A stretch of 64,000 bases of DNA. It comes from Glaucostegus cemiculus. Taxonomy: Eukaryota. The translations under genes were made by a program, and so were the position numbers. Of the stretch, positions 63,835 through 64,000 are shown one piece after another. The stretch lies in NCBI GenBank assembly GCA_976551045.1, contig CDPCPM010000014.1, forward strand, positions 38,068,001 through 38,132,000. The letters run 5' to 3'. How positions within the stretch are numbered: position 1 is the stretch's first letter; every line of letters starts with the position of its first letter. A model generated the notes under the pieces. That model was not told where the DNA came from and ran no database searches. It saw only the letters and a program-made list of their open reading frames with translations.

Positions 63835-64000
63835 CAGTACAGCACAGGAACAGGCCCTTCAGCCCATGATGTCTGTGCTGATCATGATGCCAGTCTGAAC
63901 TAATCCCATCTGTCTGCACAAGGTCCATGTGCCTCTATACCCTGCCTGTTCATATGGCTGTCTAAATGCCTCTTAGATGTTACTATTGCATCTCCTTCTA
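63835..64000 (-). mobile_element. CR1 3' end running off the window
   Basis: gtacagcacaggaacaggcccttcagcccatgatgtctgtgctg. Confidence 0.9.

Overview
This is AT-rich, CpG-depleted vertebrate DNA, not prokaryotic. Its repeat repertoire is typical of a cartilaginous fish, probably a ray or sawfish (inferred from repeats only): CR1, Rex1/Babar, RTE, Tx1, L2 and Penelope-like retroelement fragments, V-type and Deu-type SINEs, a Tigger-like MITE and a solo LTR. I found no intact host protein-coding gene, RNA gene or CRISPR array. The listed ORFs that I can interpret are broken retroelement fragments or their antisense frames, and the rest look spurious. The window reads as a large intron or gene desert. 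Best leads: (1) decayed minimal hammerhead-ribozyme motifs in Penelope-like termini, often arranged as short elements with inverted ends; (2) a 160-bp CpG-rich CRE/E-box/GC-box cluster; (3) a minus-strand candidate exon whose 5' splice site lies in a perfect hairpin, plus AG|GT recursive-splice-like sites on the same strand; (4) V-SINEs with two different LINE-derived tails; (5) several local rearrangement scars and repeat-free enhancer-like blocks. All family calls are by eye and repeat boundaries are approximate. No novel system is established from sequence alone.
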